Source of the DNA: Octopus vulgaris
Taxonomy: Eukaryota
Direction: 5' to 3'
Assembly (NCBI GenBank): GCA_951406725.2
Contig: OX597823.1
Span: forward strand, 65,100,001 to 65,164,000
Length of the DNA: 64,000 bases
This document shows, piece after piece, positions 1 to 13,855 of the stretch. The notes below the pieces were generated by a model that saw nothing but the letters and a program-made list of their open reading frames with translations, searched no databases and was not told where the DNA came from. Numbering within the stretch: position 1 is the stretch's first letter; each line of letters opens with the position of its first letter. Made by a program: the position numbers and the translations under genes.

Positions 1-269
1 TACAAAACGAAAAAAAGGGAATATCTGTGAAACTTTTCCGTGTCAGTTCCATTAAATTCAAATAATATTAGAAAGAAACGAACTCATTTATCTGATACCC
101 CAAAGTCTTAGTTTGTTTGTGCGTGTGTGTGTGTGTGTGTGAGAGAGAGTGTGTGTGTGAGAGAGAGTGTGTGTGTGCGTGTGCATAAGTATATTGCACT
201 CGCACGTGAGAGAGAGAGAGAGAACGAGAGTAACATGTACATACATACATTCATATATATATATATATA

Positions 270-324
<55 letters not shown>

Positions 325-499
325 GTATTTAAAAATAGAAGAGGAAGGGAGAAAGGGGGCGCCTACTTGAAATATTCCTCTTCTAATGGGGAAGGTTTTT
401 GTTTTTAAAATTCTCTTTATCGTTTGTAGCTGCAAAATGGTTTGCCATTTACTCGTTGCAGTTTTTTATGTATTTTTTATGTATTGTTACCTTACTCAT

Positions 500-650
500 A
501 GCTAATATTTCTGGGATTCACGTGTGTGGAATAATCGTTAAAAGCCTTCCAGTAGTCAATCCATACCATACTCAGATTCGTTTTCCTACAGCATTTTTCA
601 GTTATGGCTTTGTTGATAAATAAACTTCTCTTTATAGCCAGATGAGCCTG
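500..650 (-). mobile_element. RT fragment of an RLE-type (Dong/R4-like) non-LTR retrotransposon
   Basis: ORF 492..800(-) contains LFINKAITEKCCRKTNLSMVWIDYWKAF, a decayed form of the RT motif NLSMAWIDYKKAYD. Confidence 0.7.
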
Positions 651-702
651 TGGCAGCATACTTTCTATTCTTTTGGAATCAATTTGTTTTCTTCCACTTA
701 TC

Positions 703-907
703 ATAGGTGTAGGAGTGGCTGTGTGTGGTAAGAAGGTTGCTTTCCAACCACATAGTTCTAGGTTCATTCTCACAGCGTTGCTTTGTGGCACCTTGGGCAA
801 ATGTCTTCTACTATAGCCTCAGGCCGACCAAAGCCTTGTGAATGGATTTGGCAGACAGAAACTGAAAGAAGCTGGTCATGTATGTATGTATGTATGTATG
901 TATACAT

Positions 908-954
<47 letters not shown>

Positions 955-1580
955 CATATACATATATACTCTTTTACTATATATATATACTCCTTTACTT
1001 GTTTCAGCCATTTGACTGTGGCCATGCTGGAGCACTGCATTTAGTCGAGCAAATCGATCCCAGAAATTATTTTTTGTAAGCCTAGTACTTATTCTATCGG
1101 TATCTTTTGCCGAACCACTATGTTACGGGGACGTAAACACACCAGCATCGGTTGTCAAGCGATGTTGGGAGGACAAACACAGGCAGACAAACATATACAG
1201 ACACGTACATATATATAAATATATACGACGGGATTGTTTTCAGTTTCCGTCTACCAAATCAACTCACAAGGCTTTGGTCGGCCCGAGGCTATAGTAGAAG
1301 ACACTTGCCCAAGGTGCCACGTAGTGGGACTGAACCCGGAACCATGTGGTTTGTAAGTGTGTGTTTGTGTGTCTGTGTGTTTGTGTGTCTGTGTGTTTGT
1401 GTGTCTGTGTGTGTGCGTGTCACGACCGCTTGACAACTTGTGTTGACGTGTTTACGTCTCCGTAACTTAGCGGTTCGGCAAAACGACTGATAGAAATATA
1501 CTGGGGTTGATTCATTCGACTAAAATACTTTAAGGTGGTGCCACAGCATGGCTGCAGTCTAATGAATGAAACAAGTAAAA
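703..1580 (+). mobile_element. SINE family A copy split by a nested opposite-strand copy of the same family (about 990-1354, -)
   Basis: The 5' half (703-880) and 3' half (1355-1580) match the full copy at 25920-26328; 990-1354 is its reverse complement. Confidence 0.75.
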
Positions 1581-2459
1581 AAAAAAAATAAAGAATAGAA
1601 GTATATCTGCTTAGTCCTGCAATATTATTTTGCAGTAAAGGCTTTGTACATTGCAGCGAGACATAGTTTTGTGTTTTTTTTTAGTTGTTTTTGTTTTGTA
1701 ATATCTTTTATTTTTCTGTATAAGGTTCATGTTATTGCAGTTACAACTAAATATATTACGACTACGTCCATTTTGTCTCGTTTTTGAAGTTTCCACATTA
1801 TCAAATGTGTTCCTTTATTAAATCGAGAGCATAATGTACGCAGACCAAGGTTGCTATTTCTAGCAGGTCGTCGACTTCTTAGATGGCTATATCCATCTCC
1901 CGTTGTTGTAGTTGTCGATGCTGTTTAGACTCTCCAGATCAGTTCTGTTTTTATGAATGACTAAGATTACCAAATGTGAACTTAATATTTTGAAGGCGCC
2001 AAGGTGTGATTTCGGGAACAGTTGGCTTCCTTTTTATTGCTCGTCGAACAGCCAATTAGAAGCTCCTTCATAAGCTTGTTAAGCTAGGTATTGATTCCTT
2101 GACAACTTCGCTTTTAAAAATATCGCTATTGCTGCTGACGTAGTTGTTAATGGGATTGTCGTTATCGTAGTTGTTATCTTTTACTTGGTATTGCTATATT
2201 TATTGTTAATCTGAGTCCAGATTAGATTGCGCAAACCTATAATCAAATGCTTTCCATCCGTGTCCATCACTTACTGTTCCCAGACCTACTGCAACTAGGC
2301 GTATCCAATTCGTCCTTCACATTTTGGTAGTGTATGATATGAAACAGTATGAAAATATAAGCAGGAAATACAACCGCTATTTCGATGTGACAGGTCAAGC
2401 TACCTTTGAGAGGCTTCGTCACAGAATGAATACTGTTGTTAATATGGAAAATTAGTGAG

Positions 2460-2670
2460 AACGGAGAGCTGGCAGGATCGTTAGCACGCCGGGCAAAAAT
2501 AATTAACGGCATTTCGTCCGTCTTTACGTTTTGAGTTCAAATGACACCGAAGGTCAATTTGGCCGTTCGTTCTTTCAGTGTCTATAAATTACGTACCAGT
2601 TGGTCACTGGGGGTCGATGTTACCGACTTGTCTCCTTAACCCGAAATTGTTGACTATGTGAAGAGATTGA
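2460..2670 (+). mobile_element. SINE family B copy (diverged)
   Basis: gagctggcaggatcgttagcacgccgggc head, gagttcaaat B-box-like motif, ggggtcgatg central block. Confidence 0.75.
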
Positions 2671-2715
2671 GTGGTTATATGGAATTGCGCTGTCCATAGG
2701 TTTTATTTTGACTTT

Positions 2716-3125
2716 TATTTCTTTACTGCCCACAAGGGGTTAAACACAGAGAGGACAAACAAGGACAGACAAACGGATTAAGTCGATTATATCGACCCCA
2801 GTGCAAAACTGGTACTTATTTAATCGACCCCGGAAAGGATGAAAGGCAAAGTCGACCTCGGCAGAATTTCGAACTCAGAACGTAGCGGCAGACGAAATAC
2901 CTATTTCTATTTCTTTACTACCCACAAGGGGTTAAACACAGAGAGGACAAACAAGGACAGACAAACGGATTAAGTCGATTATATCAACGCCAGTGCGTAA
3001 CTGGTACTTAATTTATCGACCCCGAAAGGATGATAGGCAAAGTCGACCTCGACGGAATTTGAACTCGGAACGTAACGGCACTAAGAATTTCGCCGGAGTG
3101 CTAACGTTTCTACCAGCTCGCCGCC
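2716..3125 (-). mobile_element. SINE family B head-to-tail dimer
   Basis: Two copies of tatttctttact..cccacaagggg...gtcgacctcg...gaactc, joined at GAAATACC|TATTTC (2901/2902). Confidence 0.85.
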
Positions 3126-3677
3126 TGTTTTTACTTTTATTTCATTATGCTTGTAATGATATGGATGAAACTTGAACAAATAGTTAAGAAGGTTACTTCT
3201 CAATTACAAGCTCCCGAATCCAATCCCTCTGCGTCGTCTCCTCCACAGTTGTCTTTTACAATAGCCTTAACATGACTCAAGTTTTGTGACTTATATCTAG
3301 TAGACAACGGCATCTACTCAGTAGCCCGTCAGGTGGTGCAAATGATCTAACGGGTAGTTTAAAAATTCGGTCCTGTCACGTATTGCGTTTGGTGAATTGT
3401 GTCAATACATACCTGTGGAATTTTTGGAATACTTTGTCGCTAAGATACTAATTAATTCAGTTGGTCAAACAACTAACTAAGATCATACAAGCCAGAACTA
3501 AATACCTGTCGAGAATTGGTACCCGCAGACGTAGGAATGCTACATGAAAAAATAAAAATAAACGTCCTATAATAGTAGAAAGACAGACAGACAACAAGAA
3601 ACAGAGAGAGAGAGAGAGGCAAACAAACAAGTAGTGCGCGAGAATGACATAGGTAGATACATAGAGAAAGAGCGAGC

Positions 3678-3720
<43 letters not shown>

Positions 3721-5889
3721 AAGGGCTGATTTACTACAGATCTATCGAGGATGGCGTTATTTCTTAGCCACAAGTCGAATTTGGTAAACAAAACTCTATG
3801 AATAAAGATGTTCTAATGTGACCATCCTGTCTGATTTTGACATCAGGGACTGACTACATTGTCTATGAAATGACAGGTCAGTGGAATTGACTCACATTTG
3901 GTTGCTGTTTCTAGTTTGTTGAGTAGCCACGTGACTGCTCCTCTCCCCTACTTCTCTCTTCTTGGCTTGCTCAGAAAATTGGAGTCAGGTGTGGCGAACC
4001 AAGATTGACTGCAGCCAGCTAACGAGCTGTCCTCTCGTGACCCATCAGGGGAGAAACAAAAACAAAAACAACAGCATTGACAGAAAAGCAACAACAACAA
4101 CAACAACAACAACAAAAACGACAATAACAACGACCATAACACCACGAACAATATAATATCAACACCGACAGCAGCAGCAACAACAACAACAACAACGGAT
4201 TCTCTTATATCTGAAACTATAGAGAAGAGAATTGATTAAAGTCTTTTGTAGTAAGAGTTACTTTGAAAAATTTAACAAACAAACAAACAAATAAATATAT
4301 ATATAAAAAGGAAAGAGGGGAAGAAAAAGAAGAAACAGAAATTATTTACAAATTATAGTCGGTAATATTAATTTTCATAAAACTGGATAACTTTGTAGAC
4401 AGTTATTTGGAAATTTGAAATCCACTTTCATTGATAATCATGTCACGTAAATAACTAAATTGAATTCTTCTTCATAGAAAGACTATCTACTTGAGATTTT
4501 GTTTGATATTCCATCCAAAACAGTGTACCGTTCTTATAATACAACTTTTCTGTTTACATATTCAAATTTCTATTTGTTTCGTTTCTCTTTTTTAATTTTA
4601 TTTATTCTCATTCTTGAATCAAGCTATCTATTCAGTCGAAATTGTTATTCTGTGTATTTCCCATCCCCCCTACACTTCCTCATGCCTCCCCACTTCCTTC
4701 CAATTTTTATATATCATTGTATATCATTGTATTAAACGTAGCATTCGCCTTATTGTATTTCTGTCTGTGAGTTTAAAAGAGCTGCGACTCCATTGTTTCT
4801 ATGCTCACTCCCCAACTGTGCTGCTATCTTCCACTATTATTTTGCTCTCTTAACTCCAGTCATCAAATTATCATATTTTAAACTGTAAAACCGATATCCG
4901 TCATATAGAATTCATTTTGTAGAAGTAGTTTTCTTATTCTCTAATAATTTCCATTTTATTCATCATTAGTACAGATTTTTGAAAGCATTGAATCTACAAA
5001 TACATCTATGAAAAGAAGAAAAGAAATGGTTGGCCCAGACAATTCTAATATTTATATGTCTCTCTTTCGAATTTATTGCTTTTTTATATCTTCATCAGTA
5101 GTTCGGTATAGTATTTCTTTTATTGCAAAGAAGTTTTAAAGTTTCACCACTTTTGTTTGGTTAGTTATCATATAGCGCAATTAAGTTAGACACTGTCGAA
5201 GCAATATCACATTTTGACAGGGCGCAACAATTTCATCATCATCGCATCGCCCAAACTTATCGATTTATAGAATTCAGATTGGGAGAAACAATCGAAGCTT
5301 TAAACATGTTCTCGTAATGCTGAGTACAGATTTTAGATTATTCTATATTTCTGTGAATGTCTTTTCTTTTTAAAATCTACTTTAGATCACGAATGGTACG
5401 GAATATCGTGGTTTCTAAAATCCTCATTTCTAGTTCATTGTATTTCTGACGAGAGAGCAACCCAGCATTGCTAACAATGCTTCGTTGTTCTCCTGGAACA
5501 GAAATCACTTTTCAGTCTATCCTCCATCCAAATATAATAAAACTAGGACTAGATTTATGTGGTGAATTAACACAGTCGTTAGCGTGTTGGGTTGAATAAA
5601 TACTACCTCAGAGTATATATTCCATTTCTGTGGCCTGAGTTCAAATCTAGCCGAAATTATCTTGGACTCTCATCCTTTCAGGATCAACAAAATAAGATAT
5701 CGGTGTAAGTTGGTTAACTGGCGGAATTGTTAGATCGTTGGGTGGAATAACTGTCCTGGATCTGTGCAATCGAAGTTCAAATCCCATTCCGTTTCCGAAA
5801 AACAGACACTTGTTAGAGTTTGCAACAGACAGAAAGTATCAGCTAATTGTAATAAAAAAAAAGAAAAAAGTGTTCCACCAATTGTTTAA

Positions 5890-6330
5890 AGAATTCCTCT
5901 TGACACATGGTTATAATGATTCTCTACCCGCTACTTCTGCTCGTGATCAGAGATGCACATATCGTCATCCACTAAGGGATATAGTCAACTGGTTAAGGTC
6001 AAGCAACTGACAAATAAATCTGTGGTATTGATGAACAAAATACCTATTTTTACCCAGAGGGGAATTATCCAATCCCCGCCCCCAATTCCTCTCAATACAT
6101 GAACATGATGCTCCTCCACTACTTCTGCTCGTGATCAGAGATGTACATATCGCCAGCCACTTAGGGAAATGCCCAACTGCTTGAGGTGAGATACCTGACA
6201 AGCAAATCTGTGGTATTGAGCAGAATATTTGCTGTAGCCTATCTTTTACCCCACAACAAAACATGTACGTGTTAACACTTATAATCAGTTAAGATCGGAG
6301 GCCATGAAAGCTACTACCTAGTACTGCATC
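5890..6330 (+). repeat. Diverged direct duplication of an about 170-bp unit (ctacttctgctcgtgatcagagatg...aaatctgtggtattga)
   Basis: Units at about 5890-6055 and 6083-6250 share long identical blocks. Confidence 0.75.
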
Positions 6331-6347
6331 ATTATTATTATTATTAT

Positions 6348-6556
6348 TAAATTCAAATTACGATGAACATAAAGAAACAAATGAAGTTTGCTTTAGAAGC
6401 GTTGAGATGTCTTAGAAAGTTAAAGAAGTGATTTTAAATTCTCAAACGCCGGATAATGCTAATAATATAGCCTGAACAGGATAAGCTACCCGAACTCACA
6501 CCTCTGTGATTACGCGTCGCTGTGCTCTAAACCTTTAAGCTAAACCGCCCACATCA
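6348..6556 (-). mobile_element. tRNA-like dispersed element (same family as 39406-40042), internally deleted
   Basis: Reverse complement of 39792-40042 with a deletion at ataagctacc|cgaactcaca; flanked by (ATT)n and (GTC)n/(TTC)n. Confidence 0.85.
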
Positions 6557-6568
6557 TCGTCGTCGTCG

Positions 6569-6690
6569 TCTTCTTCTTCTTCTTCTTCTTCTTCTTCTTC
6601 TTCTTCTTCTTCTTCTTCTTCTTCTTCTTCTTCTTCTTCTTCTTCTTCTTCATCTTCTTCTTCTTCTTCTTCTTCTTCTTCATCTTCATC
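6569..6690. repeat. (TTC)n microsatellite
   Basis: Direct reading; source of the poly-Lys ORF. Confidence 0.98.
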
Positions 6691-8079
6691 ATCATCATAA
6701 TAATGAAAATGCTTTGAAGCATTTCATCAGTTTTTCCGTTCTGAGTTCAATGTCGTTGTGGTCGAGTTTGCCTTTCATCCTTTCAATGTCGATGAAATAA
6801 ATACCACTTGAGTAAGGAGTTGATGAAATTAATAACATCTAATCACTGGGGTTGATGTAATCAACTAACCAACCCCCTGCCATCCAAAATTCCAGGCCTT
6901 GTACCTATGGTGGAAAGGATTGTTTGATTTGAAGAATTATGTGTCTTACAGAAGGAGAACAAATTCTCAATTAATAAAAATTAATTGACCATGGTAAGAT
7001 GAAGAGTGAATTTATTACTGGAATTATTGAAATTCAGTAAGAAAACTGAGCTAAGTAAATAACCCTCGCAATTTAGTGTAGCTCATCCTTGAACGGAACC
7101 TATGAGCAATGCAGGGTCGGCTTAGAAATGGTTTACAGCCACTGCAAAACACACGCGTAACCACTACATCCTTAATATAAAAACAAGAAACAGTAAAGGT
7201 GACTGTGTGGTGGTTCGACCTGTTAAAAACAATTTTTACTATCTTAGGGGAGAAAAAATAGCATCGACTAATATAGCTTTCAAAACATTTTTCCTGACAA
7301 TAGATATATGACGACTACCCTAGGAGCGTCTTTGATCATAGCTTCTTTTTTTTCTTTTCTGGTGAAGGCACAGAACTAATGACATCAATCCAAGTACTTG
7401 ATTGCTACCTAATTTATCGACTTCGCTGAGAATAGAACTCCGAAAATATTTGGACGTAGCTAAATACGACCAGACTTTTGCCTGACACTAACAATTCTGC
7501 CAATTCCCTGTCCACACAATACCACAAATGATCGCAAAATATTGCTCATCGTAAAACCTTTCAAAGAGACCAATCAATGTAACTGCTAATACGATGGCTA
7601 ATAATACGTAGTGTTAAAATATATATATTACTATGGCTTGTAGTTGGGAACCAATAAAGCTAGTGTGAATACCATTAATTTGACTCCCGTATAACACCTA
7701 TATTACTAGGTAAAGCAATAATAAGAGTAAGCACAAATAAAAAATAAAAATAAATAAATCACCCACTGTACTAAGGCTGCAATTAACGTTCTGAAAGTTA
7801 AGATCGTGGCCAATCACAGAACATAAATGTCGAGTTTATTCCCCACAACATTATGCATGGTCATGTATTTGTACAATTACACATATCCTCACATACACAC
7901 ACACACACACATGCAAACATACACAAAGGCACACATACAGAGATACATACATAGATACACACACACACATCTGTATGTATTTGTGTGTCTATGTGCGTAC
8001 ACGCTTGGAAACACAAATGCGCATAAATACACATATATAAACATTCTCACACAGCACAAACACATACACACATACATAC

Positions 8080-8365
<286 letters not shown>

Positions 8366-8844
8366 CATGCATACTTATGCATATGCGCTTCTTACATATA
8401 CAGAACTAACTCACCTTTTTTTTTCCAACACAACAACCTACATACTGTCTACTCGTCTACAAACTTTCAATACACTCATATACACATTTAGGAAAGATAA
8501 AAAAAAAACGTGTTTAACTGCAGATTAACGATAGCCTTACTATAATGCAAGAAAGGTTCTAATAAAAATGGCACGATAAAAAAAAAGAAGAGATAGTGAA
8601 AGCATAGATTATAAACAAAGGAGTCTGAACAACAACCGCACTAAATCTGCAGAAATGTGGAGACAAGTATCTGCATTACATACAATTTCATTTCATTTCT
8701 TTTTACTTAAATATATTTATTTAAACATTCGCTGCAGACAAAAGTAGAGGAAGTGATTCATAAAATGTCTGTTGTAGTGTGTTTTCCATTATCCACTTGC
8801 GGAAGATTCACAGACGGAATAATTTGAAAGACGCGTTAAAAGGT

Positions 8845-8931
<87 letters not shown>

Positions 8932-9009
8932 TATGCAGTCAAATGTATAAATATATTACTGTTCTATGATTTAGACTGTGCTCCTTTTTCGGAATACATA
9001 ATACACTGA

Positions 9010-9049
<40 letters not shown>

Positions 9050-9228
9050 ACGCGCACGCACGCGCACATACACACACGTACACACACGTACACACACACA
9101 AAGTATCTACGTGTCTCGTGTGATTTAGATCCGATTCTCATCTGACAGTCTGATCTCAACAGAGACAGCCGAATAAAAGAATGATGCAATTGTACTAAAA
9201 TAAAGGATCAAAACGAAATGTTTGTGTT

Positions 9229-9270
<42 letters not shown>

Positions 9271-10351
9271 TGTGTGTTGCAGAAGAGAGCTACAGAACAA
9301 AGCACACAGAATATGTAAGGAATCAATAGTGACGTAAATAATTGATTAGGCTCTGTTTACGAAGTATACGATTTTGTACTACGTGAATGTTTTTTTTTTT
9401 TTGGTTTCGTTCGTTGTACGTCCATTTACCAAAGCCATCATGGACTTGACAAATATGTTATTGTGTCATTGTTTCATATCGGGATGGTTTTCCCCACGCT
9501 AATCGTTATCTTTTACCTGGTAAAGGATCTCTTGTTTCACAAGTTATCGAGGGTGCGAGAAATGCGAGTGATCTCGTGGCAGGAGGAATGTTAACAAAAC
9601 ACTGCGTGAAGGTTGTGATTTCTTAATAAACCAGACACAAATGGAAACAGAGACATGAACACACACATGCCCGTACAAAAGCAAACACACACACACACAC
9701 ACACACGAGGAGATTCTTCAGTTTCTATCTATCAGATTCACTCTCAAAGCTTTCGAGTAATAGTATAAATGCTCCCAATGTACCCTACAGTAGTAGTGAA
9801 TCCGAAACCACGTACTTTTGAAGCAAACTTATGTATGTATATATGTATGTATGACATGTTTGTTCAGATTTCACTCTTCGTTCTTTTGTTCTCCCTCTCA
9901 CATACCATTGCCTTCTCTTCATACTCACCTTCCCTCCTCTTTTCACTTCACTGTCTCCCTGCCATTTTTCTCGCTCCTCCTTATTTCTTCTGTCCCTCTG
10001 CCTCTACTTCCCTCTCTCATCTCTCCCCATGTGACCGGTGTTCGGCCAAGCCTGATTTTCTTCCTTGGTTCGGCCGCTGTCCGTGCAACATCTATATTCT
10101 TCCCCGTGCCTGTAAAATCTTGTACCACTGCCGTAAGGCTTTACTTCAACACACGCTAGCTTAATTTGATTCGTCTTTAGTCGAAAGACACCTGTTGTTA
10201 TGTCCTGTTATTTCTATTTGTGTAACCTTTTCCGTTTTTTCCGTCCTTGTTTTCTTTTTATCGTCTATCTGGATGTTTTGTTGTCCCTTTCTTGTATCAC
10301 CAAACTGTCTGGATGTTTGCGTTCTTGTCCCATTTTGTACATATATATATA

Positions 10352-10467
10352 TCACATGATCACGTGACCGACCAGACCATCAGATGTTGTTACACATCGC
10401 TGGTCACAATGCGTTCGCATTGTTTTAGCCTTCCAACGACGCCACCCCGCTGGCTAAGCGAGTAGGC

Positions 10468-10468
<1 letters not shown>
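10352..10468 (-). mobile_element. Probable 3' tail fragment of a tRNA-derived SINE
   Basis: Reverse complement reads ...aacaatgcgaacgcattgtgaccagcgatgtgtaacaacatctgatggtctggtcggtcacgtgatcatgtgat, a tail I recall from octopus SINEs; bounded by (TA)n and (CA)n. Confidence 0.5.
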
Positions 10469-10500
<32 letters not shown>

Positions 10501-11149
10501 TCATTGATAACCAGAAAATTATCTATCTACCTATCTACCCGTACCTGCGCACGCACACACACACACACGCATACACCCACCCACGCACATTTTCTCACAC
10601 ACACGTGTATATATAATTGTCCAATATCTTTTTAGTCGAGTGAAAAGTAATAGAATAGTCCATTTACAAAAAAGATTTCATGTCAGATATTGAGAGGCAA
10701 ATCAAACAATCATCGGAGATAGCTGAAACGACCCGTGTCGCCTAAGCTATTTGTTACTAGAGGTCTGAAAGCATCAGGGCCGAGGTATGTGTCTTAGAGA
10801 TGCTGTAAAAAAGCACACAAATCGAAATCAAACAGAAACAGAATGGATAAACTTATTTCGCTTACCAGAACTCTACTCCTTTGGCCAGTCGATAGCCATG
10901 ACAAAAGGTTCACTCCCATTTACAGGATATTTCTTTAGGGAGATGGAGTAAAGGTTGAGTGAGGTTGTGACGCAAAGACATGGGGAGCTGTGGAAATACT
11001 GAGGGAGTTGGGGAGGGTAACAATTCTTAAATCCGTGTATGGACTTGTACATTCATCTGTGTTGATAGGTTTGTACACATACTAGCTGAGGGTTGCGGAA
11101 ACATTAACTCAGGGAGAGAAAAATACTGAGAGTGGAAGATATGACACTC

Positions 11150-11890
11150 ATATTCATATTCAAGGTTCACTTTCAAAGTTCAGGTATACTTCTGGATTGA
11201 TCATGTTCTGTCGGATTCTTTTCTCTGTGAAGCATTCTATAACTCTTACTTTTGCTAAGTCAAGGTCTGAAAATTTCCAGTATCCTACAGGTGATGTAAT
11301 GTGTGATATTCTCTTTCAGTATCGATATATATCTCGCAAAAGTTGTGACATTACGGCTCTCCTGCATATTAACCGTGGATTTGGGGTTGATGAACCTGGA
11401 TATAAGGAAGCTTCCGTCGCACCCAGGTATTCCCTTCGACCGCATCTCCGCCTCATATACGAAGGGTCCCGTATTGTCTCAACCGTTTAAAGGACAGGTG
11501 GTGTTACTTCTGCATGAGGAGCCTGCTTATGTGCTACATGTGAATTTATTATTTTCTTTAAACCTTGTGCCCAGCTGAAAGAAATCCTCAAAATATTGCT
11601 ATTAAGTATGCTTGTTCTATACCTATGTTTTTGTGGAAAAATCACATTTTACATACATAAAGGAGAGCCCATCTACACAAGTTGTAGTATTAATAGAAAG
11701 CGGAAATGTGAATCATATGAACAAATTAAAGTGCTTCATTTTTGAGAGGTTAGAGCCAGGGCTTCGCTATTGTGAAGGATGCGGCGTGGAAGACTCCTTA
11801 TTTGAAGATGACTTGGACATTCTTCTACTAACATTCTTTACCAAACCAGGTTTATATATATCACGTGTCAGGAAACCAAATTAGATGCTA
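11150..11890 (-). mobile_element. Decayed Penelope-like element, linker and GIY-YIG endonuclease region
   Basis: Minus strand reads SCRSNTTCPLNG..FVYEAEMRSKGIPG..SRFINPKST..RNVTTFARYISILKENITHYITCRIL, matching the PLE pattern CxCxxxxxCPLxG..VY..RFxNH..TxLxxYIW; stops and frameshifts present. Confidence 0.75.
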
Positions 11891-12023
11891 ACATATCGGC
11901 ATCCTTTCTACCATCTAATCATAGTTTTCAAAAACAGACATCATCGAACACTCATACACAAGGTATGTGTTTTGTTATTTCGTGTGTAGGCTGCGCTTAT
12001 ATGCGTATGAGAAAACATATATA

Positions 12024-12907
12024 CGATATGTTCCCAAACATTCTATGCACTTTGTTTTACATCTTTACACTTTTATCAGCGTGAAAGTATTCTCCATTTG
12101 AATCAATGCGTCGGGCCAGATGCGCTTTCTTCTGTTCGAAGCAGTTTTGAAACTCTTGCGAAGTGATGCCTCTTAATGCCTCCGTCGATTTTGATTTTAC
12201 ATCTTTTACATCTGTAAGACGTTTTCCTTTAAGATCTTTTTTTCATTGAGGGGAACAAAAAGGGTCCAGATCAACTTCCAACTGTTGTTTCAGTTCATGA
12301 CACGCATTCAGTCGTGACTGCTTTTGATCTTCCGTAAGTAAGCGAAGCATAAATTTTGCTGCAACTCATTTCATTCGTAATTCCTCTCTCAGCATTCGTT
12401 AGGTGAAGCCCCGGGACACACCGGTCATATCAACAATTTCGTCAATTGTTCGGCAACGGTTCTCCGAGATCAGTTCATGAATTTTCGTGATTTTTGCATT
12501 CGTTCGGGAGTTCGACGGTCGCCCTGAACAAGGTTGGTCTTCAAGCGAAAAGTGGCCATTTCTAAAGCGCGGAAACCACTCGTAAACTTGTGTTTTGCTT
12601 ACAGTAGCATCTTTGTAAGCTGTTTGAAGCATGAGAACTATTTGGGTCACCATTTTCCCCAGTAGAAAGCAAAAGTGCATGGAAGTGCGCTGTTACTTCG
12701 TTCATGTATTGCAAAAATCGATCGACGAACTGGGCAGAAGCACTGCAGAGCAAAACGCACCACATGGCAGTCTGACAGCACACGACAACGCCAATCGGTA
12801 GGCTGATGCCAGAGAATCGCAACAAGTGGCTTATAACGGCAGAACTCTGAAATACAATGGGCTTGTCCCACAGAGAACGTTTCTGGTTACTTTTAGGTAC
12901 CACCTTG
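12024..12907 (-). mobile_element. Mariner-type (Tc1/mariner) DNA transposon, internally deleted
   Basis: ORF 12399..12680 FCFLLGK..QTAYKD..KTQVYEWF.RFRNG..LED..SGRP (HTH region); C-terminus FLFP..KKDLKGKR..FQNCFEQ..SNGEYF; TA at 12022-23 and 12908-09; the left TIR is degenerate. Confidence 0.85.
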
Positions 12908-13855
12908 TACACTCACACAATCAGTCCAATATATAAAGAAAGATTGGAAATTAAAGCAAACTAATTCTTTGGGGGATTTTAACAAGCTGACGATTGAGGC
13001 AATGTAAATTATTTTAACTGTTATATTAGAGTTGGCAAGATAACAGGGATACTTCGCACTGAAAATTCCATCGTATATCAGATAAGTGGTCGAATTTATC
13101 TCAGAATGGAAAACTATTCCTGTAATTTCTTTTGAGACTGCCAATAGTAATCATACTGAATAACTGTTCTTTTATAATACAGTTTAAGTAACCTATGACA
13201 CGTGTGTTAGCAGACATATTCACTGTAGTTTCTAGGTGACAGCCATGGAATTTGAAATATCTCTCAGGAATAAATTAGACAAACGTTGTATATTGTGAGG
13301 GTCATCTTTTGCCAATAAAACGTACATACTAGTTCTATTTCACTTATCCGCCTCCTCTTCATTATCATCATCAACATCATCATTGTCGTCGTCCTTATAA
13401 TCAGTGTTACTATTAATACTAATGTCGCGAGCTGGCAAGATCTGTAGCATACGGGGAAAATGCTTGCGGCAATTCGTTCATCTTTGCATTACGAGTTAAA
13501 ATTATGCCTTTCATCATTTCAGGGTCTAAATAATAAAATACCATTTGAGGATTGGAGTCGAGGTAACCGACATACTTCTCCGTAATTGATGGCCTCCATA
13601 ATTTAAAACTGATTATATTGAGGAGCTGGCAGAATCGTTGACATACCGGGAGAAATGCATAGCAACATTTCATCAGTCTTTATGTCCTAAGTTCAAATTC
13701 CACGGAGGTCGACTTTGCCCCTCATCCTTTTGGGGCCGATAAAACAATTACTCGCTGACCGCTTAGGTCGATGTAATCGGCTACCCTTTTCTTCAAATTT
13801 CGGACCTTGTGCCTATAATAGAAATTATTATTATTATTATTGTTATTATTGTTAT

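Noticed and set aside
2716-3125. CRISPR-like or regularly spaced repeat arrays (also 27070-27605, 45310-45560)
   Set aside because: Units are SINE bodies or tails without unique spacers, in a eukaryotic context.
5446-5500. Hammerhead or SECIS reading of the CTGACGA hairpin
   Set aside because: No GAAA directly after the stem; SECIS spacing and unpaired AA are not met, and no selenoprotein 3' UTR context is evident.
10125-10200. Possible hammerhead (ctgccgtaaggct...agtcgaaa); similar weak hits at 36620-36657(-) and 55264
   Set aside because: Core or stems deviate from consensus; at most decayed remnants.
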